Below, piece by piece: positions 21,138 through 31,967 of a stretch of DNA of 64,000 bases. The notes beneath the pieces are model-generated. The model had not been told where the DNA came from. It made no database searches and was given only the letters and a program-made list of their open reading frames with translations. This DNA comes from Patescibacteria group bacterium. Lineage in GTDB: Bacteria > Patescibacteriota > UBA1384 > UBA12157 > JAENIV01. The position numbers were made by a program, and so were the translations under genes. Each line of letters begins with the position of its first letter. The first letter of the stretch is position 1. Where the stretch lies: contig JBAYHL010000001.1 in the NCBI GenBank assembly GCA_041666185.1, forward strand, positions 69,073-133,072, read 5' to 3'.

Positions 21138-21734
21138 ATGCAAAAGACTTTTGTTTTATTAATCCTAATATTAGTTTTTATTGTTTTTAGCGGATACATG
21201 TATAAAAGTAGCTCCCCAAAAGATTCGGGAGTTGATAATCAAAAAAAGGAGATTAAATCCATGGGCAATCTAAAATTTCCTGGTATTTTACCAGACGAAA
21301 AAATTAAAAATAAAAAAGCTGTTCTAAAAACAGATCAAGGTACAGTCGAAATAATTCTTTTTGCCGATAAGGCACCAAAAACAGTCAGCAATTTTATTTA
21401 TTTAAGCGAAAATAAATTCTATGACGGTTTAACTTTTCATCGAGTAGTACCCGGCTTTGTCGCTCAAGGCGGCGATCCTACTGGTACTGGTAGCGGCGGA
21501 CCAGGTTATCAATTTGAAGATGAAGAAGTTAAAGATAATTACAAAACCGGTACAGTCGCTATGGCTAACTCCGGTTCTGACACTAATGGTTCTCAATTTT
21601 TCATTTGCCTCGAAGATCAACCAGACTTACCAAAACTTTACAATCTCTTTGGCCAAGTAACCACCGACATGGACATTGTCAAAAAGATTCAAATTGGCAC
21701 CAAAATCGAATCAATTACAATCGAAAATCAATAA
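21138..21734 (+). CDS. cyclophilin-type peptidyl-prolyl isomerase
   Basis: FYDGLTFHRVVPGFVAQGGDP..AMAN..GSQFFI. Confidence 0.95.
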   Translation: MQKTFVLLILILVFIVFSGYMYKSSSPKDSGVDNQKKEIKSMGNLKFPGILPDEKIKNKKAVLKTDQGTVEIILFADKAPKTVSNFIYLSENKFYDGLTFHRVVPGFVAQGGDPTGTGSGGPGYQFEDEEVKDNYKTGTVAMANSGSDTNGSQFFICLEDQPDLPKLYNLFGQVTTDMDIVKKIQIGTKIESITIENQ

Positions 21735-21742
21735 TTATTATA

Positions 21743-23452
21743 TTAGAACTCTTTTATAGATTCGTTACCAGCTGGATCGGTGGCAACGATTTTTATTTGT
21801 GTTACACCAGCCGGAATCGAAACAGAATGTTGGCTTAAATAATTTTTTTTCATTACACCAAAAGATACTAAAAGACTCTCACTGCAAACACTTCCACCAA
21901 CATACTCAACACAACCATAGGTTACTTCCGGTGAACCACTTTCAGAGGTAAAATTATCCCAACTAATATTAATTTGACTACCACTTAAAATTTGTTTTGC
22001 ATTGGTAATTTTTGGTTTTTCTGTATCTTCAGCTGTTTGCCTCGGAACAATATATAGCGGATCACCGATTATTACCCATCGCCATTTTAATCGCGAAGTT
22101 GCCATATAAACACTTTCGGCTAAATTGAAATGGCCATTTAAAAAATAGTCATAAAGAGCTGTCGGTTGAGGTATTAAATTAGCAAACGGTTCAGCAACAA
22201 CCCCCCAAGTAGCGGTTACGTCGGCAGCTAAATTATTTGGCACTACTAAAGCGTCGTTTGTGTCACGAATAGTTCTAACAGCTGTTCCTGACCGAAAATT
22301 CATTGGTACAGCTCCAGGCGGCCAAGGACCCCAAACATTTTTATAATAATTTCCTTCTGGCCAACCACCAGAATAAACATGCCACAAAGGATTATTACCC
22401 CCAGTAACGTTAGAATCGCGAATACATTCATAACCAGCAGTTTCGATTGGTCCACAAAGTGTGTTTGCGGCATCATTTAAATATGCTTGACCAGCCATAT
22501 AACCTTTACCAATATTTGGTCCCATATACCTACCAGCATAAATTGCCTTATCCACTAAACCTTTGGCAATTTTCTCCGAAGGACCATCTAAACGCATTAC
22601 CAAATAAGTGCCATGACTCGAATCAAAATGTTCACCGGCTTTATGAGTGCCATTCGTGTAAGTGTTATAAAAAGTCTTATTATATGGATTTAATACCCCA
22701 GAATACCAAAGAGACTGCTTGTCATACATATCAGAAAGATAGCTATCAACACTAAAGGTTGAACCGTAAGTGTCTTTGTGAGCCGTATCAGTTACTTTAT
22801 ATGGTACACCATAAGTCGTTACGATATATAAAACTACATTTTTTAGCCCTCGTTCGTCCAAAAAACTTTTAATAGGATCGCGAATTTGGGTTACATAATC
22901 ATCATACGAAATAGTTTCACCTGTCGTTGTCCTAATATGAATAATTTGACCAGAACTAATACCCCGTCTTTTTTGATAATAAGTCCCCACCTCTTGAGAG
23001 ATAGAGCTATTATCATTAACAACAATTGCTAAATTACCACCCGATGAAGTTAAAATAAAAATTTCACCATCTTCTAATGTTGATTTTAAAATAAAATAAC
23101 TACCATCGCTTTGATAGCGATAATAATTATTTCCTGCAGGGTCAACCGGAGCTGATCCTTGCAAACCATATTGTGTCAAATCTTGATAAAAACAAGAAGT
23201 GTCATTAACATTCTCAACTTTCTTGTCACGATTGCTACAATTACTATCACTGCTACTTTCAGGGTATTTATTCTGATTAATAAAATACGCCTCCAAAACA
23301 TGCGAAAGCTGATTAAGCTCTGTTTTTCTTCTAACATCTCTAGCTTTGCCTTTTGCACTTTGTACAGAGACCAATATAATACCAGCTAATATGCCAATAA
23401 TAGCAATCACAACCAGTAATTCAATAAGAGTAAAAGAAGACCTTTTTCTCAG
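21743..23452 (-). CDS. type IV pilin-like protein fused to TIGR03790-like domain
   Basis: GGAGG RBS plus CTG start gives MRKRSS/FTLIELLVVIAIIGILA; later YYQKRRGI..YIVTTYGVP..SVDS..RLDG..IGDPLY. Confidence 0.75.
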   Translation of the reverse strand: MRKRSSFTLIELLVVIAIIGILAGIILVSVQSAKGKARDVRRKTELNQLSHVLEAYFINQNKYPESSSDSNCSNRDKKVENVNDTSCFYQDLTQYGLQGSAPVDPAGNNYYRYQSDGSYFILKSTLEDGEIFILTSSGGNLAIVVNDNSSISQEVGTYYQKRRGISSGQIIHIRTTTGETISYDDYVTQIRDPIKSFLDERGLKNVVLYIVTTYGVPYKVTDTAHKDTYGSTFSVDSYLSDMYDKQSLWYSGVLNPYNKTFYNTYTNGTHKAGEHFDSSHGTYLVMRLDGPSEKIAKGLVDKAIYAGRYMGPNIGKGYMAGQAYLNDAANTLCGPIETAGYECIRDSNVTGGNNPLWHVYSGGWPEGNYYKNVWGPWPPGAVPMNFRSGTAVRTIRDTNDALVVPNNLAADVTATWGVVAEPFANLIPQPTALYDYFLNGHFNLAESVYMATSRLKWRWVIIGDPLYIVPRQTAEDTEKPKITNAKQILSGSQINISWDNFTSESGSPEVTYGCVEYVGGSVCSESLLVSFGVMKKNYLSQHSVSIPAGVTQIKIVATDPAGNESIKEF

Positions 23453-23503
23453 TTTCCCTCCTGATTGGTTTAAATTAATTCGACATATTTATCATATCTT
23501 AAA

Positions 23504-25240
23504 TTACCAGCCACCACCACCGCCTCCACCACCGCCTCCGCCGGAAAAACCACCGCCACCAGAACCAGAACTCGATGGTGAGGAAGCAAGTGTTGAAGCC
23601 ATTGAAGATGATAAGCTATTTATATTAGAGCTAAAAGTGTCAGCATTAAAAGATGTCATTGCTACACCCGTGTACCAATAAGGATGATAATTGTTAAAGT
23701 AATCTTTACCATAAATCAATTTCATTTTTTCTGCCCAAAGTTTAGTAATTCCAAAAACAATTGCATAAGGTAAAAACCTTTCGAAAATATTTTCTTTTTC
23801 GTTAAATTGCTGACGATATTTTTCAGCTGTTTCCATATAAAGTTTAAACCCTTTAATTTGTCGCAAAAGTTCGGCACTTTCTTTTGTGCGCTGACGAAGT
23901 AAAAAAGCAAAAATGAAAATAATTATTGCTGACAAAAAGAAACTTAGAAATAATTGCCAAGCAAGAACAGCTAAAGAAAAAGATAAACCAAAAAATCCAC
24001 TTGCAAGAATAATAAAACCAAATAAAAACCATTTATTTCGTCGCTGAACAAGCTTTTTTTCTGCCAGCGGATCAACAACCGCTTTTGAAATGGCTGGAAT
24101 ATCTTGATAAAACTTATTTTTTAAATCGGACATTAAAATTTCGCTTTTTCCACCAAATAACTTATCCAACAAAACTGTTTCTGAAACCGAAATTTTAGCA
24201 GTTACACTACTTAGTTTTATTAATTTATAGTCAGCCGAACCAAAAACTCCTTTTTTTTCAATTTCTTCAATTTTAATTATTTTATTAACGGCTAAATTAA
24301 CAATTGCCGCTGAAATAAACTGGGGCTTAATTGCGCCATCAGTCAAAACCGCTCCTAACTCCATTGGTGATAATTTTGAAGGTATGTCAAACTCAGGAAC
24401 AATTGTTGGATTAATTTTTGGATCACGACCGTATTTTTTCCAAAGCAAAATACAAATTATAAAAACTATTATTGGTAATAAAAAGGCAAAATAATAGCCG
24501 TATTGCTCTAAAAAGCCTGGCACATAAGGTGTAAAGACACCTTTCACAGATGTAACTGAAACTGTTATTCCTTGGCCGGGTTTTAAAATCTCTGTCGAAA
24601 TAAATTCTAAGGTGTTTTTATCTACCCAATTGTAATTTGCCAATGTTCTATCCTTCGAACCAAAATTACCAGCGTAATAAGAAACTTGACTCGAATCTTT
24701 ATTGACACCATCAGGGAATTTTATTTGAGCCGAAAATTTATCAATATCAAGTTGCCAAAAATTACCATTTAAATTCCAATAGAATTCATCAAAATTTGAA
24801 TTATTAAAACGAATCACATTTTGAACTTTGTATTTTATTTTATAATAATTAATACCTTTAACTGTTTTATTAGGATCACCAATTTTCCAAGTAATTGTAT
24901 GATCTGAATAGCTTTTAATAGTTTCGTATTTCAAAGGTACATTGTTAAAATCAGTAATACTTACAAGTTCAACAGGAGTTTTAATTACTTCGCTACCAGA
25001 AGACTTAGTCTGAGTCGGTAAAATTCTAAAAATCCCATGCTTACCAGACAAGTTACCGCAGTCAGCTGTAATTTTTTCTGTAATCAAAACTGAGGAATCT
25101 TTATTCACAACAATTTCTGACTGAAAATCTTTAATATACCAGTCTGTAATTGTTGACGTTTCGCGAGCAAAAACAGATGGCACAGCCGCAAAAGTTAAAA
25201 CTATTAAAAATAAAACGGCTCTAAAAAAATATTTAATCAC
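23504..25240 (-). CDS. DUF2207 membrane protein
   Basis: signal peptide, FYWN, TM segments, LPYAIVFG and Gly-rich C-terminus ending in W. Confidence 0.9.
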   Translation of the reverse strand: MIKYFFRAVLFLIVLTFAAVPSVFARETSTITDWYIKDFQSEIVVNKDSSVLITEKITADCGNLSGKHGIFRILPTQTKSSGSEVIKTPVELVSITDFNNVPLKYETIKSYSDHTITWKIGDPNKTVKGINYYKIKYKVQNVIRFNNSNFDEFYWNLNGNFWQLDIDKFSAQIKFPDGVNKDSSQVSYYAGNFGSKDRTLANYNWVDKNTLEFISTEILKPGQGITVSVTSVKGVFTPYVPGFLEQYGYYFAFLLPIIVFIICILLWKKYGRDPKINPTIVPEFDIPSKLSPMELGAVLTDGAIKPQFISAAIVNLAVNKIIKIEEIEKKGVFGSADYKLIKLSSVTAKISVSETVLLDKLFGGKSEILMSDLKNKFYQDIPAISKAVVDPLAEKKLVQRRNKWFLFGFIILASGFFGLSFSLAVLAWQLFLSFFLSAIIIFIFAFLLRQRTKESAELLRQIKGFKLYMETAEKYRQQFNEKENIFERFLPYAIVFGITKLWAEKMKLIYGKDYFNNYHPYWYTGVAMTSFNADTFSSNINSLSSSMASTLASSPSSSGSGGGGFSGGGGGGGGGGGW

Positions 25241-25348
25241 ATAATCCCCTTTCTCTACATTAATAGTAGCAAACTTTATAATTCAGAACAATTTAAAAAA
25301 TCCCCGGGAAAAATCTCGGGGAATAGTTTCGATTTGGGTTACAACAAC

Positions 25349-25951
25349 TTAACGTCTTTTTAGAACAAACCCAAGTCCAGCAATGCCAGCTATCAAGGAA
25401 AGAAGACTGGCCGGTTCGGGCACGCAAGGACATACACCAGGAATACAGCTGGTTCGCAAATCCATGATTTCAATATGACCACCACCTGAAAGAAGTGTTG
25501 AAAAGTCAAACGCTTCACCTTCGGGTTGCGGACAAATGTAGCCTCTGAAACCATAGTGCCAATCCTGACCACACGTCTCCCATGAAACATTGCAAAAACC
25601 ATCGATAGTCCCACCCGGAACTGTACCATAGGCTTCAGCAATTTCTACCCAATCGGTAGTAGGAATCATTGTCGCATCAGGGTCAAACGTTCCACCAGAT
25701 ATCCACAATTCGATGCTAAAGACCTTGTACCAATCTGGCCCCATATAGCCATTTAGCAACGAAAGGGTGCTGGTGTTTGGATTCCATGAATATGGCCACG
25801 TAAGCGGGGCAACACTCATAGAACCTCCCGGCTCTCCACAGAGCTGGATAATATACTCATCCAAGGGCTGAAAAGTGAAAGCCCCTTGGGAGCTGCCGCA
25901 AATAGCAAGCAGCAAGAGGATCGAGAGAAACAGAGTCATCCACGCACGCAT
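25349..25951 (-). CDS. PEP-CTERM sorting domain protein
   Basis: signal peptide; C-terminal VPEPASLLSLIAGIAGLGFVLKRR. Confidence 0.85.
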   Translation of the reverse strand: MRAWMTLFLSILLLLAICGSSQGAFTFQPLDEYIIQLCGEPGGSMSVAPLTWPYSWNPNTSTLSLLNGYMGPDWYKVFSIELWISGGTFDPDATMIPTTDWVEIAEAYGTVPGGTIDGFCNVSWETCGQDWHYGFRGYICPQPEGEAFDFSTLLSGGGHIEIMDLRTSCIPGVCPCVPEPASLLSLIAGIAGLGFVLKRR

Positions 25952-26121
25952 TTGTTTTTCCTCCAGAATTCAACGTTAACAAGGCAGAGAAGCGACTATA
26001 TAACACGCTTCGGCGCGATTGTTATGTATTTGCCTACGGCGGGGATGCTTAAGGAATTAAAGTACACAACAAACTGAAATCGGTTACATTATATACCCAA
26101 CATAGTTAAGAGTCAAGGTAT

Positions 26122-26541
26122 TTACACCTTTTTATTTTGATTTATAAAATCTTCGTATGCTTTTCTATCACCATACTCTAAAAAATCTTTATGGTGTTCG
26201 GGCTCAATAAAATTATCGCCTGCTTTATGCTTAATTCCACACCAATATTTTTCAGTATCACCAGCAATTTTTACTGAATAAGCAGCAACACCATTAGCGT
26301 AACCACAATACGTACACCATAATTTATCCCAAAAATTTAAATACGAAAGTTTCTGACGATCAATTCTTATATAATTACTCCATTTATTTATTGAAATACC
26401 ATAAAGAGGAAAAGCGATTCGATGATATATTTCCATAGTAATATCCAAAAAAATTATTGGAATTGCCATACCTAAAATAAACGGACAAGATAGTAAATAC
26501 CTTAACTTCCTATAAGGAATTTTGGCTATTTTATTTTTCAT
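26122..26541 (-). CDS. conserved hypothetical protein
   Basis: DR.KL.YL..C.YCGYANG..TEKYWCGIKH. Confidence 0.7.
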   Translation of the reverse strand: MKNKIAKIPYRKLRYLLSCPFILGMAIPIIFLDITMEIYHRIAFPLYGISINKWSNYIRIDRQKLSYLNFWDKLWCTYCGYANGVAAYSVKIAGDTEKYWCGIKHKAGDNFIEPEHHKDFLEYGDRKAYEDFINQNKKV

Positions 26542-26699
26542 ATCAATAATTTATCTTATCTAATTTTAATAATCAACCCATTTTTGTTATTTCAAAATAA
26601 ACTAGCAACTTGCTGTTGTTAGTTTTCTGATATATAATCCTTTTATATTCCTTGACTGCACCTAGATAACTAAATAAACATGGGGAGGTAAAGATAAAC

Positions 26700-27536
26700 A
26701 TGGTTGATGAGAATACCGAACTGGCTGAGAAATACTATCAAACCAGACTTAAAAAATATCGTGACGAATTAATTTTATCTAATTTAGATTTGGTACGATC
26801 AATTGCTTATCGCTTCAAAGGATCTGACGAACCTTTGGAAGACCTTGTACAAGAAGGGATTATTGGTTTAGCTAAGGCTATTGACAGATTTAATCCGACA
26901 AATGGCGCAAAATTTAATACTTACGCAACTCATTATATAATCGGCGGGATAAAACATTACCTGCGCGATAAAGTCAAGATAATCAGGATTCCAGCCTGGC
27001 TTCAAGAAAAGCAAGCAAAAATTGCCAAGAATAAGGAAAACATACAATCACAGTTGCTTGATCGAGAAGTCACTACTGAAGACGTTATTAAAGCTTACCC
27101 GGACGAAGAAGATGCAATTTACCAAGCCGAACAAGTCTATCGCAATATTTGTCACCCTTGTTCCCTAAACGAGTTAATGGAAGATAATGGTAAAAGCAAA
27201 ATAGAATTCGAAGAACTAATAAGCATGGTGGCACTTGACATAGACACGATAGGAGAAAATGATTTGGTTTGTGAAATCATCGCCGAGCTGAAACCAATTT
27301 ATCAAACAATCATAAACCTTCTTGCTCAAGATTGTAAAAAAACTGAAATAGCTAAATATTTACATGTTTCAGACAATTATATTCACCATATCCTTCAACA
27401 ACTCACTAAATCAGCTATTCGAAAAGCTTTAGAAAAAATCATTGCCGTTCAAGCTGTTCGCGCCAAGAAAGGATTACCTCCGAGTGAATTCGACAGCATT
27501 TTTCGACTTGAACTACTGGAACTCCTTAAAACATAA
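26700..27536 (+). CDS. alternative sigma-70 factor (SigB/SigF-like)
   Basis: region 2 EDLVQEGIIGLAKAIDRFNP..FNTYATHYIIGGIKHYLRDK; GGAGG RBS. Confidence 0.85.
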   Translation: MVDENTELAEKYYQTRLKKYRDELILSNLDLVRSIAYRFKGSDEPLEDLVQEGIIGLAKAIDRFNPTNGAKFNTYATHYIIGGIKHYLRDKVKIIRIPAWLQEKQAKIAKNKENIQSQLLDREVTTEDVIKAYPDEEDAIYQAEQVYRNICHPCSLNELMEDNGKSKIEFEELISMVALDIDTIGENDLVCEIIAELKPIYQTIINLLAQDCKKTEIAKYLHVSDNYIHHILQQLTKSAIRKALEKIIAVQAVRAKKGLPPSEFDSIFRLELLELLKT

Positions 27537-27632
27537 CCAAATCATATACACATCTTAATAACCGCTTTAATGCTAGAGCGGTTTTTTTAATTAATTATTT
27601 TTTGATATAATTACCTTGAGAGGGATAATATC

Positions 27633-29174
27633 GTGAGTAGCATATTAACACGTTTTGTTTATGGTGCAATAATTCTAGTAGTTATAATAGGATCAATTTT
27701 TTATTTTTTAAATCGTAAAAAAATTACTTCTCAAGCCGACCAAACTCTTTCCAAAACTTACGCTACTTTAACTGATGAGGAAAAAAATAGTCTTTTATCA
27801 GCCAGTGCCGATGTAACTAAGCTTAAGGACAAACTTTCGGCTTTAGAAATTACCATTAGTAAATCGGCTCAAACCACAACTCCAGCTGGGCAAACAACAA
27901 CTATTTTACAACCAGTAGCTAATGCTTTAGAAGGTTTAGGAGCACTAAATATTAGTAATGACTCTATTTCACTCGCCCTTTCAGACGGTAGCTTAGCTCA
28001 AAGTGATTCAGGCTTATCGGTTTCTGGAAGCTATGATGATAATTTTTTAAGAGTCGATACAAATTTTGATGGTGATGTAAGTGGAACCTACGACACATTG
28101 GTAATTTCTGAAAGTTACGATGATAGTTTTTTGAAAATCGGCACCAGTTTTGATGGTGATGTGGAAGGAAATTACAACACTTTAGAAATTGTTGACGGAT
28201 CAATCATTAACGCGGACATTAGTAACACGGCAGCAATTTCTTGGACTAAAATTAGCAAAACCGGTGCTCTTTTAACCGATTTTGGTGGTGATCATGGCGA
28301 TTTAGCAGGTTTAGGTAACGATGATCACGTAATTTATGCTCTACTTGCCGGAAGGGCTGGCGGGCAAACCTTAAATGGTGGTACAGCCGCAAATGATGAC
28401 TTAACCTTTGACTCGACAACAAATGGAACTAAGGGATACATACTTATAAACCCAACTGGTGGTAATGTGGGGATTGGTACTGATACACCCACTGGGACAC
28501 TTCATATTAAAGCTGATTCAGATGATCAACAATTAATTATCCAATTAGATGCAGCTCAAACGGTTAACAGCTTTGAAATTTATAAATCTGATGGTACAAC
28601 TAGATTAGTATCTTTTGAAGATGATGGCACATTAGTTTTTGAAAATGATGCGGTAGTTTATGATGATTTACAACAACCAGGCCTTTTAGTCAGAACAAAT
28701 GCTTCGGCTCCGGATTTAGTCACATTTGGACCAGTGGTTACTAATCTTATCATTTATGGTTTTGATGGAACTGCTACCCTTGAACAAGTTTATTTTAATG
28801 TTCAACTTCCTCATTCCTACAAACTCGGAACGGATCTTTACCCACATATTCACTGGTCACCAACCGATACTTCAGCCGGAAATGTTGTTTGGAAGCTAGA
28901 ATATAGCTGGGCGGATGTAAACGGTACTTTTGCAGCGCCAACAACAATAGCGACAACTCCCCAAGCTACTGGCGGAACCGCTTGGGCACATAATGTAGTA
29001 TCGTTTCCAACAATTAGTGGCACTGGAGTTGATATTTCAAGAATTTTAGTTTGTCGTCTGTATCGCGATCCGGCTGATGCTGGCGACACTTACACTCATG
29101 ACGCTGCTCTTTTAAATTTTGATTTCCATTTTGAAAAAGATACTTTAGGTTCTAGAGAACTATGGATAAAATAA
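27633..29174 (+). CDS. membrane-anchored beta-rich surface protein with phage-fibre-like motifs
   Basis: N-terminal TM, 28-aa tandem repeat, GNVGIGT..P..LHI motif. Confidence 0.65.
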   Translation: MSSILTRFVYGAIILVVIIGSIFYFLNRKKITSQADQTLSKTYATLTDEEKNSLLSASADVTKLKDKLSALEITISKSAQTTTPAGQTTTILQPVANALEGLGALNISNDSISLALSDGSLAQSDSGLSVSGSYDDNFLRVDTNFDGDVSGTYDTLVISESYDDSFLKIGTSFDGDVEGNYNTLEIVDGSIINADISNTAAISWTKISKTGALLTDFGGDHGDLAGLGNDDHVIYALLAGRAGGQTLNGGTAANDDLTFDSTTNGTKGYILINPTGGNVGIGTDTPTGTLHIKADSDDQQLIIQLDAAQTVNSFEIYKSDGTTRLVSFEDDGTLVFENDAVVYDDLQQPGLLVRTNASAPDLVTFGPVVTNLIIYGFDGTATLEQVYFNVQLPHSYKLGTDLYPHIHWSPTDTSAGNVVWKLEYSWADVNGTFAAPTTIATTPQATGGTAWAHNVVSFPTISGTGVDISRILVCRLYRDPADAGDTYTHDAALLNFDFHFEKDTLGSRELWIK

Positions 29175-29197
29175 ATTACCCCAAAGGAGTTATCATA

Positions 29198-29584
29198 ATG
29201 AAAAGACGATGGTTTAAATTAATTTTTATCAGTTTAATCACACTACTTTTTGTCGGTGGCATAACTGGATCAATTTATTATTATATTCAGTACAAAAACG
29301 TCAAAAATGAACAAGTCAATAAAGAAAAAGAAATTAAAAAATTAGTTACTCAAGTTGGAAAATTAATCTTACTACCTCAAGATGAATCACCGACAGTTGC
29401 TACAGTCATTGATAAAGACAAATTAAAAAACGAGGCATTTTTTCAAAAATCAGAAAACCAAGATAAAGTTTTGATTTATACAAAATGGCAAAAAGCGATA
29501 CTTTATAGACCGTCAATTAATTTAATTATTAATGTTGCCCCAATTAATAGTATTGAAACCGATGAAGGTACAAAAGAGGAATAG
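29198..29584 (+). CDS. hypothetical membrane-anchored protein
   Basis: TM then LP.DE.PTVAT..FF..DKVLIY..AILYRPS. Confidence 0.7.
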   Translation: MKRRWFKLIFISLITLLFVGGITGSIYYYIQYKNVKNEQVNKEKEIKKLVTQVGKLILLPQDESPTVATVIDKDKLKNEAFFQKSENQDKVLIYTKWQKAILYRPSINLIINVAPINSIETDEGTKEE

Positions 29585-29915
29585 TTTATTAGGCTAAGGA
29601 GGAAGGCATCCCCCTCTAATTTTAGAACGTAAATACTTTAAAAGGTCTCGATGAAATGAATAAAAAAATAACACCACTTGTCCGCGCTGCGCTAAAGCTT
29701 ACGGCAAGAACTACGTAGTAATATTCGCAAAAGTAGATTAATTATTTACAGTATTGACTTATTGGCCTAAATTTGATAAGATATCCAGGTAAGATAAATT
29801 GTTCTATGGATTTCCAAATAATTAATTTTTATTTTGATGTTCTGTACAGCAATACATCCGTTAAAATAAACTTAATTATTTTGTGTTTTTTTTAAAAACA
29901 CAAAGGAAAGACAAC

Positions 29916-31109
29916 ATGTACAACAAAACTCGAAATTTCCGCGGTGGAACAACTTTTCGACCTTCTCAAAATTATGGTCGTCGAAGAAATTTTTCAGGAA
30001 ACCAATCTACGGAAAAAATTGATATCTCAAGATTTATTAAGAAAGCAACTGAAAACAATGGCACAGAAAAAGAAGTAATAAAAAATTCTTTTGCTGATTT
30101 TAAATTTGTTCCAGAAATAGAGAAAAACTTAAAAGTAAAAAGCTATACTATTCCAACTCCTGTTCAAGACCAAACAATCGGACATATTTTAGAAGGTCGC
30201 GATATTATTGGACTCGCCAGCACCGGCACGGGTAAAACCGGGGCGTTTTTACTACCAATGATTAATAAGACTTTTAAAGATAGAAGCCAAAAAGTTTTAA
30301 TTATTGCCCCTACTCGTGAGTTAGCTTTTCAAATTGCTAATGAATTTCATTCATTTTCTTTCGAAATGAAGATTTTTTCCGCTCTTTGCGTTGGTGGAAT
30401 GCCAATATATAAACAAATTGCTAATTTGAAACGCCAACCACAATTTGTTATTGGCACACCTGGAAGACTAAAAGATCTACACAAACGTAATTTAATTAAT
30501 TATAGTCAATTTCAAAATATTATCCTTGACGAAGTTGATAGAATGCTTGATATGGGTTTTGTTAATGAAATCCGTGAGATTTTAGAACAATTTCCAAAAG
30601 TTAGACAATCATTATTTTTTTCGGCAACAATGCCACCAAAAATTCGAACTCTAACCGAAGAATTTTTACAAAACCCGATAACAGTATCTCTTAACATTGG
30701 CCAAACGGCCTGTAATGTTGATCAGGATATTGTCAGAGCGAGTGAAAGCGAAAAATTCGACAAGCTTCGAGAGATTTTATCTCAAAGTAACTTTGAAAAA
30801 GTTTTGATTTTCAGTGAAACCAAAAGAGGCGTTGAAAAGTTAACAACAAATTTAATAAGTAAGGGTTTTAAAGCTGAGTCTATCCATGGTGATAAACGCC
30901 AAGGACAAAGACAACGAGCACTAAATCAATTTAAAAACAATGAAGTCACTATTTTAGTCGCAACTGATGTCGCCGCTCGTGGTCTTGATATCAAAGATAT
31001 CTCTCATGTAATCAATTACACCATTCCTCAGACATACAATGATTACATTCATCGAATTGGTCGAACTGGCCGAGCAAACAGCAAAGGTGCTGCACTAACT
31101 TTTGTTTAA
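29916..31109 (+). CDS. DEAD-box RNA helicase
   Basis: TGTGKT, PTRELA, DEVD, SAT, HRIGRTGR. Confidence 0.95.
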   Translation: MYNKTRNFRGGTTFRPSQNYGRRRNFSGNQSTEKIDISRFIKKATENNGTEKEVIKNSFADFKFVPEIEKNLKVKSYTIPTPVQDQTIGHILEGRDIIGLASTGTGKTGAFLLPMINKTFKDRSQKVLIIAPTRELAFQIANEFHSFSFEMKIFSALCVGGMPIYKQIANLKRQPQFVIGTPGRLKDLHKRNLINYSQFQNIILDEVDRMLDMGFVNEIREILEQFPKVRQSLFFSATMPPKIRTLTEEFLQNPITVSLNIGQTACNVDQDIVRASESEKFDKLREILSQSNFEKVLIFSETKRGVEKLTTNLISKGFKAESIHGDKRQGQRQRALNQFKNNEVTILVATDVAARGLDIKDISHVINYTIPQTYNDYIHRIGRTGRANSKGAALTFV

Positions 31110-31252
31110 TTACAACTTAATATTGTCACTAATATAGAAAAACAGGCCTAAAATATTATTTTTTCAATATCCCAAGTCTGTTTTTTTATAATATTTATAA
31201 ATATAGTATAATCATATTGCTTAAATCTAGAACTAGAAATAGGAGAGCAGAA

Positions 31253-31627
31253 ATGGAAAAAGTTTTAGGTAAGAAGGTTGAAGAGCTGAAAAAAACTATT
31301 AACGATTCTCCTGATAACTTCAGTTTGTATAAAAAAGCATTAATTTGCTTAATTGATAATTCGGACAAATTAAGTAAAAATGTCTGCATTTTCACCAATG
31401 ATAGTGAAGTAATCAGAAAGTTCGTAGCTGCACATTCAGGAATGTATGTATCACAGCATAATCCAAATGGCCTTGAAGCATATTTGCGATCGGAAAATCT
31501 TACTGGCAGATTTGAATGTGAAATGGCTTTTGGTGGTCGCGAAGGTCGTCTCTATTGGAGTGTAAGCGGTAAACCGTTATCATGCCCTTACAAATTTGTC
31601 TCTTTTGCAGGCAACGACAACAAATAA
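31253..31627 (+). CDS. hypothetical protein
   Basis: AGGAG RBS; downstream hairpin at about 31651-31670. Confidence 0.5.
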   Translation: MEKVLGKKVEELKKTINDSPDNFSLYKKALICLIDNSDKLSKNVCIFTNDSEVIRKFVAAHSGMYVSQHNPNGLEAYLRSENLTGRFECEMAFGGREGRLYWSVSGKPLSCPYKFVSFAGNDNK

Positions 31628-31696
31628 AATCTATCTCGAACTTACTAAAAACCCTCCGAGAAATCGGAGGATTTTGATTTCCCGGCACCAACAGAA

Positions 31697-31966
31697 TTAA
31701 TACTTTTTTGTAAAACTTTTTCCATCCGGCGTTTTGCATTGTTCGGGATAGGTTTCTATTACTGGATACAATTTGGCACACTCTTCAAAATTTGTTACCG
31801 GCGCCGAGCCGGAAGGATTACCATGTTTTACCCAATTACCATTTTCATCTTTAATCCAAGTATCTTCACTACCACGTAAACAAATCAGAAGTGCGAAAAA
31901 CACAATAAAAAATACGATGCCAATAATTATTTTTTTGGATTTTTTAGATTTAATTCCTTCTTCCAC
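31697..31966 (-). CDS. small membrane-anchored hypothetical protein
   Basis: TM, EDTW..WVKHG.P, FEEC..YPEQC.TPDG.SF. Confidence 0.7.
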   Translation of the reverse strand: MEEGIKSKKSKKIIIGIVFFIVFFALLICLRGSEDTWIKDENGNWVKHGNPSGSAPVTNFEECAKLYPVIETYPEQCKTPDGKSFTKKY

Positions 31967-31967
31967 T

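Noticed and set aside
23346-23681. Proline-rich plus-strand ORF
   Set aside because: Antisense shadow of the Gly-rich DUF2207 tail and the pilin helix.
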